A stretch of 64,000 nt of DNA. It comes from Betaproteobacteria bacterium (GTDB taxonomy: Bacteria; Pseudomonadota; Gammaproteobacteria; Burkholderiales; Burkholderiaceae_C). The position numbers were made by a program, and so were the translations under genes. The notes beneath the pieces are model-generated. The model saw only the letters and a program-made list of their open reading frames with translations. It ran no database searches and was not told the DNA's origin. Shown in pieces: positions 54,454 through 64,000 of this stretch. Every line of letters starts with the position of its first letter. Position 1 is the stretch's first letter. Where the stretch lies: positions 13,856-77,855 of the forward strand of contig JBKDQY010000153.1 in assembly GCA_046341655.1 (NCBI GenBank), read 5' to 3'.

Positions 54454-55580
54454 ATGCCGTCGATGCAGAGCAAGATCGTGGTCTTCGTGCTGTGCGCGCT
54501 GGCGCTGCTGGCGTTGCCGCTGGTGATGCAGTCCGTGGGCCTGGGCAACTTCTGGATCCGCATCCTGGCCACGGCGCTGCTGTACGTGCTGCTGGCGCTG
54601 GGGCTGAACATCGTGGTCGGCTACGCCGGCCTGCTCGACCTGGGCTTCGTCGCGTTCTACGCGGTGGGCGCCTACATGTACGCGCTGCTGGCGAGCCCGC
54701 ACCTGTTCGAGACCTTCCCGGCCATCGCCGCGATGTTCCCCAGCGGCCTGCACACTCCGATCTGGATGGTGATCCCCCTGGCCGCGGGCCTGGCGGCGAT
54801 CGCCGGCGTCCTGCTGGGCACGCCGGTGCTCAAGCTGCGGGGCGACTACCTGGCCATCGTCACGCTGGGCTTCGGCGAGATCATCCGCGTGTTCATGAAC
54901 AACCTCGAGCACCCGGTGAACATCACCAACGGGCCGCGGGGGCTGGACCGCATCGACCCCATGACCATCGGCCCGCAGGCCGACCCCTGGATCAACCTCG
55001 GCAAGCCGCTGGTGGTGGGCGGGTTCTCGATCCCCTCGGTGACGCTGTACTACTACCTGTTCCTGGTCCTGGTGGTGGCCAGCGTCGTCATCTGCCACCG
55101 CCTGGAGACGAGCCGCATCGGCCGCGCCTGGATGGCCATCCGAGAAGACGAGATAGCGGCCAAGGCCATGGGCATCAACACGCGCAACATGAAGCTGCTG
55201 GCCTTCGGCATGGGCGCCACCTTCGGAGGCGTCAGCGGCAGCATGTTCGCCGCCTTCCAGGGCTTCGTCAGCCCCGAGAGCTTCAGCCTGATGGAGAGCG
55301 TGATGATCGTCGCCATGGTCGTTCTCGGCGGCATGGGCCACCTGCCGGGCGTCGTGCTGGGCGCGCTGCTGCTGGCGGCGCTGCCCGAGGTTCTGCGCGC
55401 CGTGTCGGGCCCGTTGCAGCAGTTGTCGGGCGGGCGGCTCGACGCGTCCATCCTGCGGCAGCTGCTGATCGCGCTGGCCATGATCTCCATCATGCTCTTG
55501 CGACCGCGCGGCCTGTGGCCGGCGCGGGAACACGGCAAGGCGGCTTCGCAGGCGGCGGGCAGCGATGGAGCGGCCAAGGC

Positions 55581-55584
<4 letters not shown>
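54454..55584 (+). CDS. livM: Branched-chain amino-acid ABC permease LivM
   Basis: 376 aa. LNIVVGYAGLLDLGFVAFYAVGAY and LKLRGDYLAIVTLGFGEI. Confidence 0.9.
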
Positions 55585-56378
<794 letters not shown>

Positions 56379-56385
56379 GGAAGCG

Positions 56386-57117
56386 ATGACGTCCAGCGAC
56401 AAGGGCGAGGCCCTGCTCAAGGTCAGCGGCCTGAAGGTGGCCTACGGTGGCATCCAGGCCGTCAAGGGCGTGAGCTTCGAGGTTCGGCCGGGCGAGCTCG
56501 TCAGCCTCATCGGTGCCAACGGGGCCGGCAAGACCACCACGCTCAAGGCGGTGACCGGCACGCTGCCGGCGGCCGACGGCGAGATCCACTACCTGGGCAA
56601 GCCCATCCGCGGGCAGGGCGCGTGGGACCTGGTCGCCCAGGGCCTGGTGATGGTGCCCGAGGGCCGCGGCGGGTTCGCGCGCATGACCATCGTCGAGAAC
56701 CTGCAGATGGGCGCCTTCGTGCGCAACGACAAGGACGGCATCGCCGCCGACATCGAGCGCGTCTTCGGCATCTTCCCGCGGCTGAAGGAACGGGCCGCGC
56801 AGCTGGCCGGCACCATGAGCGGTGGCGAGCAGCAGATGCTGGCCATGGGCCGGGCACTGATGGCGCAGCCCAAGGTGCTGCTGCTCGATGAGCCGAGCAT
56901 GGGCCTGTCGCCGATCATGGTGGACAAGATCTTCGAGGTCGTGGCGGACATCCACGCCCGCGGCACCACGGTGCTGCTGGTCGAACAGAACGCCAGCCGC
57001 GCGCTGGGTCTGGCCGACCGCGGCTACGTCATGGAGTCGGGCGAGATCACGATGGCGGGCGAAGCCAAGGCGCTGCTCTCCGACCCCAAGGTGCGCGCGG
57101 CGTACCTGGGCGAATGA
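56386..57117 (+). CDS. livF: Branched-chain amino-acid ABC ATPase LivF
   Basis: GANGAGKTT, MSGGEQQMLAMGRAL, LLDEPSMGLSP, C-terminal VRAAYLGE. Confidence 0.92.
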   Translation: MTSSDKGEALLKVSGLKVAYGGIQAVKGVSFEVRPGELVSLIGANGAGKTTTLKAVTGTLPAADGEIHYLGKPIRGQGAWDLVAQGLVMVPEGRGGFARMTIVENLQMGAFVRNDKDGIAADIERVFGIFPRLKERAAQLAGTMSGGEQQMLAMGRALMAQPKVLLLDEPSMGLSPIMVDKIFEVVADIHARGTTVLLVEQNASRALGLADRGYVMESGEITMAGEAKALLSDPKVRAAYLGE

Positions 57118-57222
57118 CGGCAGGTCCGGCGTCGGGGGGATGGCCGGGGCCCTGCCAGCCGTCATAGAGTAGAGGGTGATGTGCTGGTCGATGTCCGACC
57201 TGCGCCTGAAGAGGATCGCACC

Positions 57223-58077
57223 ATGAACGCTCGAACCGACAGCCGCAGGCGCCGCTGGGGCGCGTCTTCCGCCTGGCCGCTGGTTGCCGTCCTGCTGATG
57301 CTGCAGGGCTGCATCGCCACGGCGCCCAAGATCGGTGGTGGCACGTCCTCAGCCGGTGGTGCGGCGGGCGGCGGGACGGCCCAGAACCAGAACAAGGATC
57401 TCGAACGCTGCAACGAGCCACTGGGCACCATGGCGATGGAGGAGGACCAGAACGCAGCCTGGTACTCCGCGATGCGCGGGTACCAGCTGGGCTCGACGCT
57501 GCCCGTGCTGCGGCTGATGATCCAGCAGAGCAACTGTTTCGTGATCGTCGAGCGCGGTAGCGGCCTCAACGACGTCATGCGCGAGCGGCAGCTGATCCGC
57601 GGCGAAGAGGGCCGCGCCGGCAGCAACATGGGAGGCGGCCAGCTGGTGGCGGCCGACTACCTGATGCGCCCGTCGGTCCAGTTCTCCGGCAATACCGGTG
57701 GCAACCGCGGGGGGTTGGCCGGCCTCTTGCCCGGTGCGCTGGGCTCCATTGCGGGCAGCGTTGGCGTCAACGAGGCCTCAACCACGTTGCTGCTCGTCGA
57801 CATTCGCTCAGGCGTGCAGATCTCGGCTGCTGAGGGCAACAGCAAGAACTACGACTTCGGCCTCTTCGGCGGTGCCTTCACCGGGGGCCTGGCCGTCGGC
57901 GCCAGCGGCTACTCCAAGACGCCGCAGGGCCGCGTGGTCACCGCGGCCTTCGCCGACTCGTTCAACCAGATGGTGCGTGCCCTGCGCAACTACAGGGCGC
58001 AGACGGTTCGTGACGGTCTGGGCACCGGCGGTCGCCTGGGAGTCCAGGGCGGGCAGACGCCCGCGAGCCCGCGCTGA
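57223..58077 (+). CDS. CsgG-family (curli-secretion-pore-like) lipoprotein
   Basis: 284 aa from ATG 57223 (SD GAAGAGGA). Lipobox LMLQG|C. LGTMAMEED..., LRLMIQQSNCFVIVERG, ERQLI, GQLVAADYLMRPSVQFSGN, TTLLLVDIRSGVQI, AFADSFNQMVRAL. Order and spacing are as in CsgG-family proteins. Confidence 0.7.
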   Translation: MNARTDSRRRRWGASSAWPLVAVLLMLQGCIATAPKIGGGTSSAGGAAGGGTAQNQNKDLERCNEPLGTMAMEEDQNAAWYSAMRGYQLGSTLPVLRLMIQQSNCFVIVERGSGLNDVMRERQLIRGEEGRAGSNMGGGQLVAADYLMRPSVQFSGNTGGNRGGLAGLLPGALGSIAGSVGVNEASTTLLLVDIRSGVQISAAEGNSKNYDFGLFGGAFTGGLAVGASGYSKTPQGRVVTAAFADSFNQMVRALRNYRAQTVRDGLGTGGRLGVQGGQTPASPR

Positions 58078-58087
58078 GGGAGCCGGG

Positions 58088-58741
58088 GTGAAGCGGGGCG
58101 TCGCGATGGTCCGGGGCCGGTCGGCGCTGCCGGGCCTGCTGGTCTTGCTGCACGGCCTGAGTGCGCCCGCGCAGGCACAGATGTACCACCTCTACCTGCA
58201 CTGCCAGGGTGAGGTGGCGGCGGGCCCGGGCGCGGCTTCGCCAGCCGCAGCCGGGCTGACCCTGCGGGCCGGGGCTTCCGGCGTCGTGTCTGGCGATCGC
58301 GACAAGGGCGACAAGGGGGACAAGAACCTCGCCGAGGACGACGAGAACCTCCAGGTCCGCGCCCGCGCGGTGCGCACCGCCGCCAAGCGTGGCAACGCCC
58401 ACCTCGAGCTGGCGCTGCGTGACAACAACATGAGCATGCTGGTGCAGCGTTCGAACCTGCTGCCCACGGGCCAACGCATGAAGTACCAGGCCACCCCGAC
58501 GCACTACACCGCGACCTTCCTGCCCCAGACGGCCGGAGCGGCGTTCCGCGAATTCGGGGAAAGCGGTCTGTTCGGCTGGTACCCGCCTTTCCAGAAGATG
58601 GCCGCGACGCGTTTCGCGATCGATCGCCGCAGCGGCCAGCTCGAAGGCGAGGTCGTCGGTCCGGCGGGCGAGGTGCTCGGCCTCGTGGACATGCAGTGCG
58701 AGGCCAAGCGCAACGAGGACGCGCCGGCGCCCCGGTTCTGA
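58088..58741 (+). CDS. Secreted hypothetical protein, no recognisable family
   Basis: GTG 58088 (SD GAGGGAG) or ATG 58106. Signal peptide ...LLVLLHGLSAPAQA|Q. DKGDKGDK low-complexity stretch. The stop overlaps the next start (TGATG). Confidence 0.55.
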   Translation: MKRGVAMVRGRSALPGLLVLLHGLSAPAQAQMYHLYLHCQGEVAAGPGAASPAAAGLTLRAGASGVVSGDRDKGDKGDKNLAEDDENLQVRARAVRTAAKRGNAHLELALRDNNMSMLVQRSNLLPTGQRMKYQATPTHYTATFLPQTAGAAFREFGESGLFGWYPPFQKMAATRFAIDRRSGQLEGEVVGPAGEVLGLVDMQCEAKRNEDAPAPRF

Positions 58742-59841
58742 TGGCGCCGCCGGCAGTGCTGTGGGTGGTGGCGGCCCTGTTGACGGGGCTGCTGACGGCT
58801 GCACCGGTCCAGGCCGCGCGGCTGGCGCTGGTGATCGGCAACGACACCTACCGTCAGGCGCCGGTGCTGCGCAACGCGCGCAACGATGCTCGCAGCATCG
58901 CCGGCGAACTCGAGGCGGCCGGCTTCCAGGTCTCGCGCGTGCTCGACGGAACCCGACGCGACATGAACGCGGCCCTCGACGGTTTCGTGCGCCGGATCGG
59001 CAAGGGCGACGAGGTGGTCTTCTACTTCTCGGGTCACGGCTCGCAGCCGCCGCAGACGGGGCCTTTCCTGCTGCCGGTGGACATCGAGATCAGCAGCGAG
59101 CGCTCGATCCTGCGCGACGGCGTTTCCCTCGAGCAGGTCGTCGACGACCTCGCGCAGCGGGCGCGTTTCGCGCTGGTGATCGTCGATGCCTGCCGCGACG
59201 ACCCCTTCCGCCAGACCTCCGCGGGCCGCTCGCTCGCCCCGGGCTCGAGCCTGTCGCGCATCGAGCCGCCCAAGGGCACGATGATCATCATGGCCGCATC
59301 CAAGGGCCAGCAGGCGCTGGACCGGCTGAGCGACAACGACCCCGTGGCCAACGGGCTGTTCACCCGCGAGCTGGTCAAGCAGATGCGCGAGCCCGGGCTG
59401 TCGGCGGGCGAGATGCTCAAGCGGGTGCGGGCCAACGTCGAGCGCGCCGCGCAGTCGGTCAACCACGCCCAGCGGCCGTCGCTGGTGGACGAGTCCTCGA
59501 GCGACTTCTTCTTCCACCCCGGGCGGCCGGGCACGCCGACCGCGATGCCGCCAGCGGCCGCCGCGGCCGAAGCCGTGCCGCCAAGGCCGCAGCCGGTGGC
59601 CGCCGCCTATGTGCCGCAGCGCGAGTTCGAGGCCTGGGAGCAGGCGACCATGGCCGCCACCAAGGCCGCCTACGAGGGCTACCTGAGCCGCTTCCCGAGC
59701 GGCCGTTACGCGGCGCACGCGCGAACGCGCCTCGCGCTGCTCGGGGGTGCGCAGCCCTTGCCGCTGCCCGAACCGACGCAACGCCCCAGCGGTCGCGAGA
59801 CCCACAGCACGCCACCCGCTTCGCCGAGACCTGCATCGTGA
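58741..59841 (+). CDS. Periplasmic caspase-family (peptidase C14) protease
   Basis: 366 aa. Signal peptide ...LLTAAPVQA|A. ALVIGNDTY, His motif VVFYFSGHG, Cys motif ALVIVDACRDDPF. C-terminal W..A......Y..YL..FP.G.Y module. Confidence 0.85.
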   Translation: MAPPAVLWVVAALLTGLLTAAPVQAARLALVIGNDTYRQAPVLRNARNDARSIAGELEAAGFQVSRVLDGTRRDMNAALDGFVRRIGKGDEVVFYFSGHGSQPPQTGPFLLPVDIEISSERSILRDGVSLEQVVDDLAQRARFALVIVDACRDDPFRQTSAGRSLAPGSSLSRIEPPKGTMIIMAASKGQQALDRLSDNDPVANGLFTRELVKQMREPGLSAGEMLKRVRANVERAAQSVNHAQRPSLVDESSSDFFFHPGRPGTPTAMPPAAAAAEAVPPRPQPVAAAYVPQREFEAWEQATMAATKAAYEGYLSRFPSGRYAAHARTRLALLGGAQPLPLPEPTQRPSGRETHSTPPASPRPAS

Positions 59842-60317
59842 CCCGCACCCCAGCCCTGCGTTCCGCGCTCGCCACGTCGCTTCTGGCCCTGACCGCCAGC
59901 GCCTTCGCGCAGGACTACACGCAGCGGCAACTGCAGGACATCGTCAGCCGCCATCTGGCCGCCGAATCGCTGCGGCCCGAGCTCACGAGCGCCGGCAACG
60001 TGCGATTCCGCAGCCAGGGTCGGACCTACGTCGTCCACATCGACGAGCGCGACCCGCTGTACTTCCGCCTGACCATGGCCTTCGTTTCCGAGGACAAGAG
60101 CGCCGCGGGGCGGCAGCGGCAGCTCGAGGGCTGCAACAGCGCGACCTCCGAAGTCAAGGTCGTCAAGTGCTTCCTCGACGAGGACGGCGACCCGACCTTC
60201 GCGGCCGAGGTGTTCCTCGTCGTGCCCGGTGACTTCACGCTGTTCTTCGACCGCACGCTGCGTGCGATGGACAGCGCCTGGCGCCGCTACACGCGCCGGC
60301 TCGGCGAGTTGCGCTGA
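59838..60317 (+). CDS. Secreted small protein with a YbjN-like (T3SS-chaperone-like fold) pattern
   Basis: 159 aa. GTG 59838 overlaps the caspase stop (GTGA). Signal peptide ...LALTASAFA|[31 protein letters not shown]...[20 protein letters not shown] resembles the YbjN family. This is a pattern-level call only. Confidence 0.5.
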   Translation: MTRTPALRSALATSLLALTASAFAQDYTQRQLQDIVSRHLAAESLRPELTSAGNVRFRSQGRTYVVHIDERDPLYFRLTMAFVSEDKSAAGRQRQLEGCNSATSEVKVVKCFLDEDGDPTFAAEVFLVVPGDFTLFFDRTLRAMDSAWRRYTRRLGELR

Positions 60318-60385
60318 GGGCAGACCCGGCCGGCGTCGCGGGCGATACTCCGTCCTTCCCGACCGAGGCCGCCGCGCCGCCGCCG

Positions 60386-61192
60386 ATGCTCCAGCATCCC
60401 CAGTTCGACCCTGTCGCCATCGCCATCGGCCCGCTGGCCGTGCACTGGTACGGCCTGACGTACCTCGTGGCCTTCGGCCTGTTCTGGTGGCTGGGCACGC
60501 GCCGCGTGGCGCTGCCGCACTTCGCCTCGCGCGGCTGGAGCCGACGCGACGTCGAAGACCTGCTGTTCTGGGGCGTGATCGGCGTCGTGGTCGGCGGCCG
60601 CGTGGGCTATGCGCTTTTCTACAAGCCCGGCCAGTACCTGGCCAACCCGCTGGAGATCGCGATGCTCTGGAAGGGCGGCATGAGCTTCCACGGCGGCCTG
60701 CTGGGCGTCATCGCCGCGATGGCCCTGTGGGCCCGCAGCCGCGGCCGCCCGTTCCCGGAGGTCATGGACGTGGTGGCGCCCTGCGTGCCCACGGGCCTGG
60801 CCTCGGGCCGCATCGGCAACTTCATCAACGGCGAGCTCTGGGGCCGCGCGGCCGACCCCGCGCTGCCCTGGGCGATGGTGTTCCCGCAGAGCGGCAGCGC
60901 GCTGCCGCGGCACCCTTCGCAGCTCTACCAGTTCCTGCTCGAGGGCTTGGTGCTGTTCGCGCTGCTGTGGTGGTACGGCCGGCGCGAGCGGGCGCGCGGG
61001 CAGGTGGCGTCGGCCTTCCTGGTGGGCTATGGCGTGCTGCGCTTCGTGGCCGAGTTTTTCCGCGAGCCCGACAGCTTCCTGGGCGTGCTGGCGCTGGGGC
61101 TGAGCATGGGCCAGTGGCTGTGCCTGCCGATGATTGCCGCCGGCGCAGGGCTGTGGCTGTGGTTCGGCCGCCAGGCCGCCGCGGCCCGCTAG
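60386..61192 (+). CDS. lgt: Prolipoprotein diacylglyceryl transferase
   Basis: 268 aa. [53 protein letters not shown]. Confidence 0.93.
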   Translation: MLQHPQFDPVAIAIGPLAVHWYGLTYLVAFGLFWWLGTRRVALPHFASRGWSRRDVEDLLFWGVIGVVVGGRVGYALFYKPGQYLANPLEIAMLWKGGMSFHGGLLGVIAAMALWARSRGRPFPEVMDVVAPCVPTGLASGRIGNFINGELWGRAADPALPWAMVFPQSGSALPRHPSQLYQFLLEGLVLFALLWWYGRRERARGQVASAFLVGYGVLRFVAEFFREPDSFLGVLALGLSMGQWLCLPMIAAGAGLWLWFGRQAAAAR

Positions 61193-61193
61193 C

Positions 61194-61934
61194 ATGGCGG
61201 CCATGCGCCAGATCTTCCTGGATACCGAGACCACGGGCCTGGCGGTGGAGCATGGCGACCGCATCATCGAGATCGCCTGCATCGAGCTCGACAACCGCCG
61301 CTTCAGCGGTCGCCGCTTCCACCACTACGTGAACCCTGGCCGCAGCAACCACCCCGACGCGGTGCGGGTGCACGGCATCACCGACGACTTCCTGGCCGAC
61401 AAGCCGCCCTTCGAGGCCGTGGCCGAAGAGTTGCTGGCCTTCGTGGCCGGCGCCGAGGTCATCATCCACAACGCCGCTTTCGACCTGGCCTTCCTCGACG
61501 CCGAGCTGGCCCGCCTGGGGCACCTGCGATTCGCGCAGCACTGCGCGCAGGTCACCGACAGCCTGCTGATGGCGCGCGAGCAGTACCCGGGCAAGAGCAA
61601 CTCGCTCGACGCGCTGTGCCGTCGGCTGGAGGTCGACAACTCCGGGCGCGACCTGCACGGCGCGCTGATCGATGCCGACCTGCTGGCCCAGGTGTACCTG
61701 GCGATGACGCGTGGGCAGGACTCTCTGGTGATCGATGCGGGGGACGGCGCGTCCGCGCCGGGCGGTGCGGGCAGCCAGGACGCCGCGTCCGACCTGGGCG
61801 GCTTTGCGCTGCCGCTGCTGGCCGCCAGCGCCGCCGAGCGCGACGCGCACGACGAGTTGCTGCGCGGCCTGGACAAGGCCTGCAAGAAGGGCGCGGTGTG
61901 GCGCCCCGCAGAGGCGCCGGCTGCCGTGGCATAA
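61194..61934 (+). CDS. dnaQ: DNA polymerase III epsilon subunit (3'-5' exonuclease)
   Basis: RQIFLDTETTGL (ExoI), IHNAAFDLAFL (ExoII), HGALIDADLLAQVYLAM (ExoIII). Alternative start at ATG 61203. Confidence 0.9.
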   Translation: MAAMRQIFLDTETTGLAVEHGDRIIEIACIELDNRRFSGRRFHHYVNPGRSNHPDAVRVHGITDDFLADKPPFEAVAEELLAFVAGAEVIIHNAAFDLAFLDAELARLGHLRFAQHCAQVTDSLLMAREQYPGKSNSLDALCRRLEVDNSGRDLHGALIDADLLAQVYLAMTRGQDSLVIDAGDGASAPGGAGSQDAASDLGGFALPLLAASAAERDAHDELLRGLDKACKKGAVWRPAEAPAAVA

Positions 61935-61972
61935 TCCCGGGCTTCCCGGAACACGGTGTGTTCACAGATTCC

Positions 61973-62047
61973 GGGCGGTTAGCTCAGCGGTAGAGCACTG
62001 CCTTCACACGGCAGGGGTCGCAGGTTCGAACCCTGCACCGCCCACCA
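61973..62047 (+). tRNA. tRNA-Val (anticodon CAC)
   Basis: Manual cloverleaf: acceptor GGGCGGT/ACCGCCC, D-arm GCTCAGCGGTAGAGC, anticodon loop TTCACAC, T-arm GGTTCGAACCC, encoded CCA. Confidence 0.9.
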
Positions 62048-62165
62048 CGCTTCAGCGGCCCCTGCGGCCTGCGCCCCGACGGCGCCGACGTGTCCACCAC
62101 GCCGGCGCCGTTGTCCTTCCTGGGCCGTCGCCTGGCGAAGCGTCGGAGTTCGTGCGGGTCTGTCG

Positions 62166-62183
62166 TGTATATTGAAGTTGACA
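62166..62183 (+). promoter_or_regulatory. Candidate PpsR/CrtJ operator (TGT-N12-ACA) in the AT-rich bchI promoter region
   Basis: TGTATATTGAAGTTGACA, 33 nt upstream of the bchI ATG. It overlaps a TATATT -10-like hexamer (62168-62173) and a TTGACA hexamer (62178-62183). Only one half-operator pair was seen. Confidence 0.4.
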
Positions 62184-62215
62184 CTTCCAGGGCGCCGGGC
62201 GCCCGCGCAGCCACG

Positions 62216-63241
62216 ATGTCCCACGCGTTTCCCTTCAGCGCCATCGTCGGCCAGGACGAGATGAAGCTCGCCATCCTCGTCGCCGCGGTGGATCCGAGCG
62301 TCGGCGGCGTGCTGATCTTCGGCGATCGCGGCACCGGCAAGAGCACCGCGGTTCGTGCGCTGGCCGCGCTGCTGCCGAAGATGAAGGCCGTGGTCGGCTG
62401 CCGCTACGGCTGCGACCCCGCCCGGCCGTTCTGCAGCAAGGCCGAGCCCTGCGCCGGCCGCGCCGGCGGCAAGAGCGCGCTCGTGGGCGTGCCCGTGGTC
62501 GACCTGCCGCTGGGCGCCACCGAAGACCGCGTCGTCGGCGCGCTCGACATCGAGCGCGCCCTCACCGAGGGCAGCAAGCACTTCGAGCCGGGGCTGCTGG
62601 CGCGCGCGCACCGCGGCTTCCTGTACATCGACGAGGTCAACCTGCTGGAGGACCACCTCGTCGACCTGCTCATCGACGTGGCCGCCTCGGGCGAGAACGT
62701 CGTCGAGCGCGAGGGCCTGTCGGTGCGCCACCCCGCGCGCTTCGTGCTGGTGGGCAGCGGCAACCCCGAGGAGGGCGAGCTGCGCCCGCAGCTGCTCGAC
62801 CGCTTCGGCCTGGCGGTCGACGTGCGTACGCCGCAGGACCTGGCCACGCGCATTGAGGTCATCAAGCGCCGCGATGCCTTCGAACGCGATGCCGAGGCCT
62901 TCGCGGCGCGCTGGAAGAAGGACGAGGACGCAACCCGCCGCAGGCTGGTGCGGTCGCGGCAGCGCCTGCCCGAGGTGCAGCTGGGTGACGAGGCACTGTC
63001 GCGCATCGCCAACCTCTGCATGGGCCTGGGCACCGACGGCCTGCGCGGCGAACTCACGCTGATGCGCGCCGCGCGCGCCTACGCCGCGCTGCAGGGCGAC
63101 GCGGCCGTGGCCGACGCGCACATCCGCACCGTCGCCCGCCCGGCCCTGCGCCACCGCCTGCGCCGCGACCCGCTGGACGACACCGACGCCGGCGTGCGCG
63201 TGGAGCGCGTGCTGGCCGAGGTGTTCGGCACGGCCGCCTGA
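62216..63241 (+). CDS. bchI: Magnesium chelatase ATPase subunit I
   Basis: FPFSAIVGQDEMKLAILVAAVDPSVGGVLIFGDRGTGKST, FLYIDEVNLLEDHLVD, RFVLVGSGNPEEGELRPQLLDRFG. Confidence 0.93.
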   Translation: MSHAFPFSAIVGQDEMKLAILVAAVDPSVGGVLIFGDRGTGKSTAVRALAALLPKMKAVVGCRYGCDPARPFCSKAEPCAGRAGGKSALVGVPVVDLPLGATEDRVVGALDIERALTEGSKHFEPGLLARAHRGFLYIDEVNLLEDHLVDLLIDVAASGENVVEREGLSVRHPARFVLVGSGNPEEGELRPQLLDRFGLAVDVRTPQDLATRIEVIKRRDAFERDAEAFAARWKKDEDATRRRLVRSRQRLPEVQLGDEALSRIANLCMGLGTDGLRGELTLMRAARAYAALQGDAAVADAHIRTVARPALRHRLRRDPLDDTDAGVRVERVLAEVFGTAA

Positions 63242-63265
63242 GCGGCGCAGCCCGCGGCGCCCGCC

Positions 63266-64000
63266 ATGGCCGACGACCGCGAGAGCGCCCGCCAGGCGCT
63301 GGCCCTGGCGGCAGCCCTGCTGGCCGTCGATCCGGCGGGCCTGGGGGGCGCGCGCCTGATGGGCCCGGCCGGCCCCGTGCGCGACGCCTGGCTCGAGACC
63401 CTGCGCCGGCTGCTCCCCGCGAACACGCCCTGGCGCCGCCTGCCCCAGCATGCCCAGCAGGAGCGCCTGTCCGGCGGCCTCGACCTGCAGGCCACGCTGG
63501 CCGCCGGCCGGCCCGTGCTGCAGCAGGGGCTGCTGGCCGCGGCCGATGGCGGCGTGGTGGTGGCGGCCATGGCCGAACGGCTGGCCCCCGGCACCGCCGC
63601 GCAGGTGGCGGCGGCGCTGGACCACGGCCGCGTGCGCATCGAGCGCGACGGCCTCAGCGACGTGGCGCCGGCGCGCTTCGCGCTCGTCGCGCTCGACGAG
63701 GCCGAGGGTGACGACAGCCCGCTGGCGCCCGCGCTGGCCGACCGCCTGTCACTGTGGCTGCCGCTGCGCGGCCTGGGCTGGCGCAGCGCGCCGCAGCCGG
63801 CCGAGGTGGCCGACTGGGCCGCCGCGGTGGCCGAGGCGCGCGAGCGGCTGCCGCGCGTGCAGGTGCCCGACGAGCTGGTGGCTGCGCTGGCTGCCGCCAC
63901 GCTGGCCCTGGGCGTGGACTCGCCCCGCGCGGCTTGGGCCGCGGTGCGGCTGGCCCGCGCATCGGCAGCACTGTTCGGGCGTGACCTTGCCACCGCCGAC
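63266..64000 (+). CDS. bchD: Magnesium chelatase subunit D (5' part; continues past the window end)
   Basis: My own translation from ATG 63266: MADDRESARQALALAAALLAVDPAGLGG.RL.GPAGPVRDAWL..., GGLDLQATLAAGRPV.QQGLLAAADGGVV. This is the degenerate AAA N-domain typical of BchD, directly after bchI. Confidence 0.85.
   Translation, partial: MADDRESARQALALAAALLAVDPAGLGGARLMGPAGPVRDAWLETLRRLLPANTPWRRLPQHAQQERLSGGLDLQATLAAGRPVLQQGLLAAADGGVVVAAMAERLAPGTAAQVAAALDHGRVRIERDGLSDVAPARFALVALDEAEGDDSPLAPALADRLSLWLPLRGLGWRSAPQPAEVADWAAAVAEARERLPRVQVPDELVAALAAATLALGVDSPRAAWAAVRLARASAALFGRDLATAD

Noticed and set aside
58301-58324. GACAAGGGCGACAAGGGGGACAAG tandem-like DNA repeat
   Set aside because: It is simply the coding sequence for a DKGDKGDK low-complexity peptide inside a CDS, not a repeat element.
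62178-62183. Perfect TTGACA -35 hexamer upstream of bchI
   Set aside because: No acceptable -10 lies 16-18 nt downstream (the sequence there is GCCCGC). The TATATT at 62168-62173 is the more plausible -10, so TTGACA was not called as a promoter element by itself.

Overview
High-GC (about 70%) chromosomal segment from a betaproteobacterium. Gene order suggests Burkholderiales, and bchI-bchD with a PpsR-type operator suggests a Rubrivivax/Sphaerotilaceae-like phototroph; both are inference. I can support about 65 CDS, 3 tRNAs, a few terminators and promoter-like sites, and one structured repeat. There are no CRISPR arrays, rRNA genes, transposases or integrases. Most of the window is core housekeeping: alaA-hom-thrC-moeA-moaDE, clpB, nadB/nadA, lptFG/pepA/holC, rpmBG, trxB, ftsK-lolA-rarA, livHMGF, lgt, dnaQ and bchID. 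The best candidate for an undescribed system is a four-gene operon at 57.2-60.3 kb whose products all look exported. It encodes a CsgG-family lipoprotein, an unknown secreted protein, a periplasmic caspase-like (peptidase C14) protease with an intact His/Cys dyad, and a secreted YbjN-like protein. A possible partner locus lies at 22.1-25.6 kb, encoding an ECF sigma/anti-sigma pair, a CsgG-like/PG-binding/DUF4384 fusion lipoprotein and a six-Cys secreted protein. Other points worth a second look: trxB has an in-frame TAA at a conserved Tyr codon, with intact TrxB sequence continuing after it. A 273-bp nested-palindrome (MITE/REP-like or structured RNA) element overlaps a stop codon. An RraB-like ORF has no stop until it has read through rpmB. 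A split ACAD10/11-like kinase plus acyl-CoA dehydrogenase pair is present. All family assignments come from reading motifs in the translations; no database search was run.
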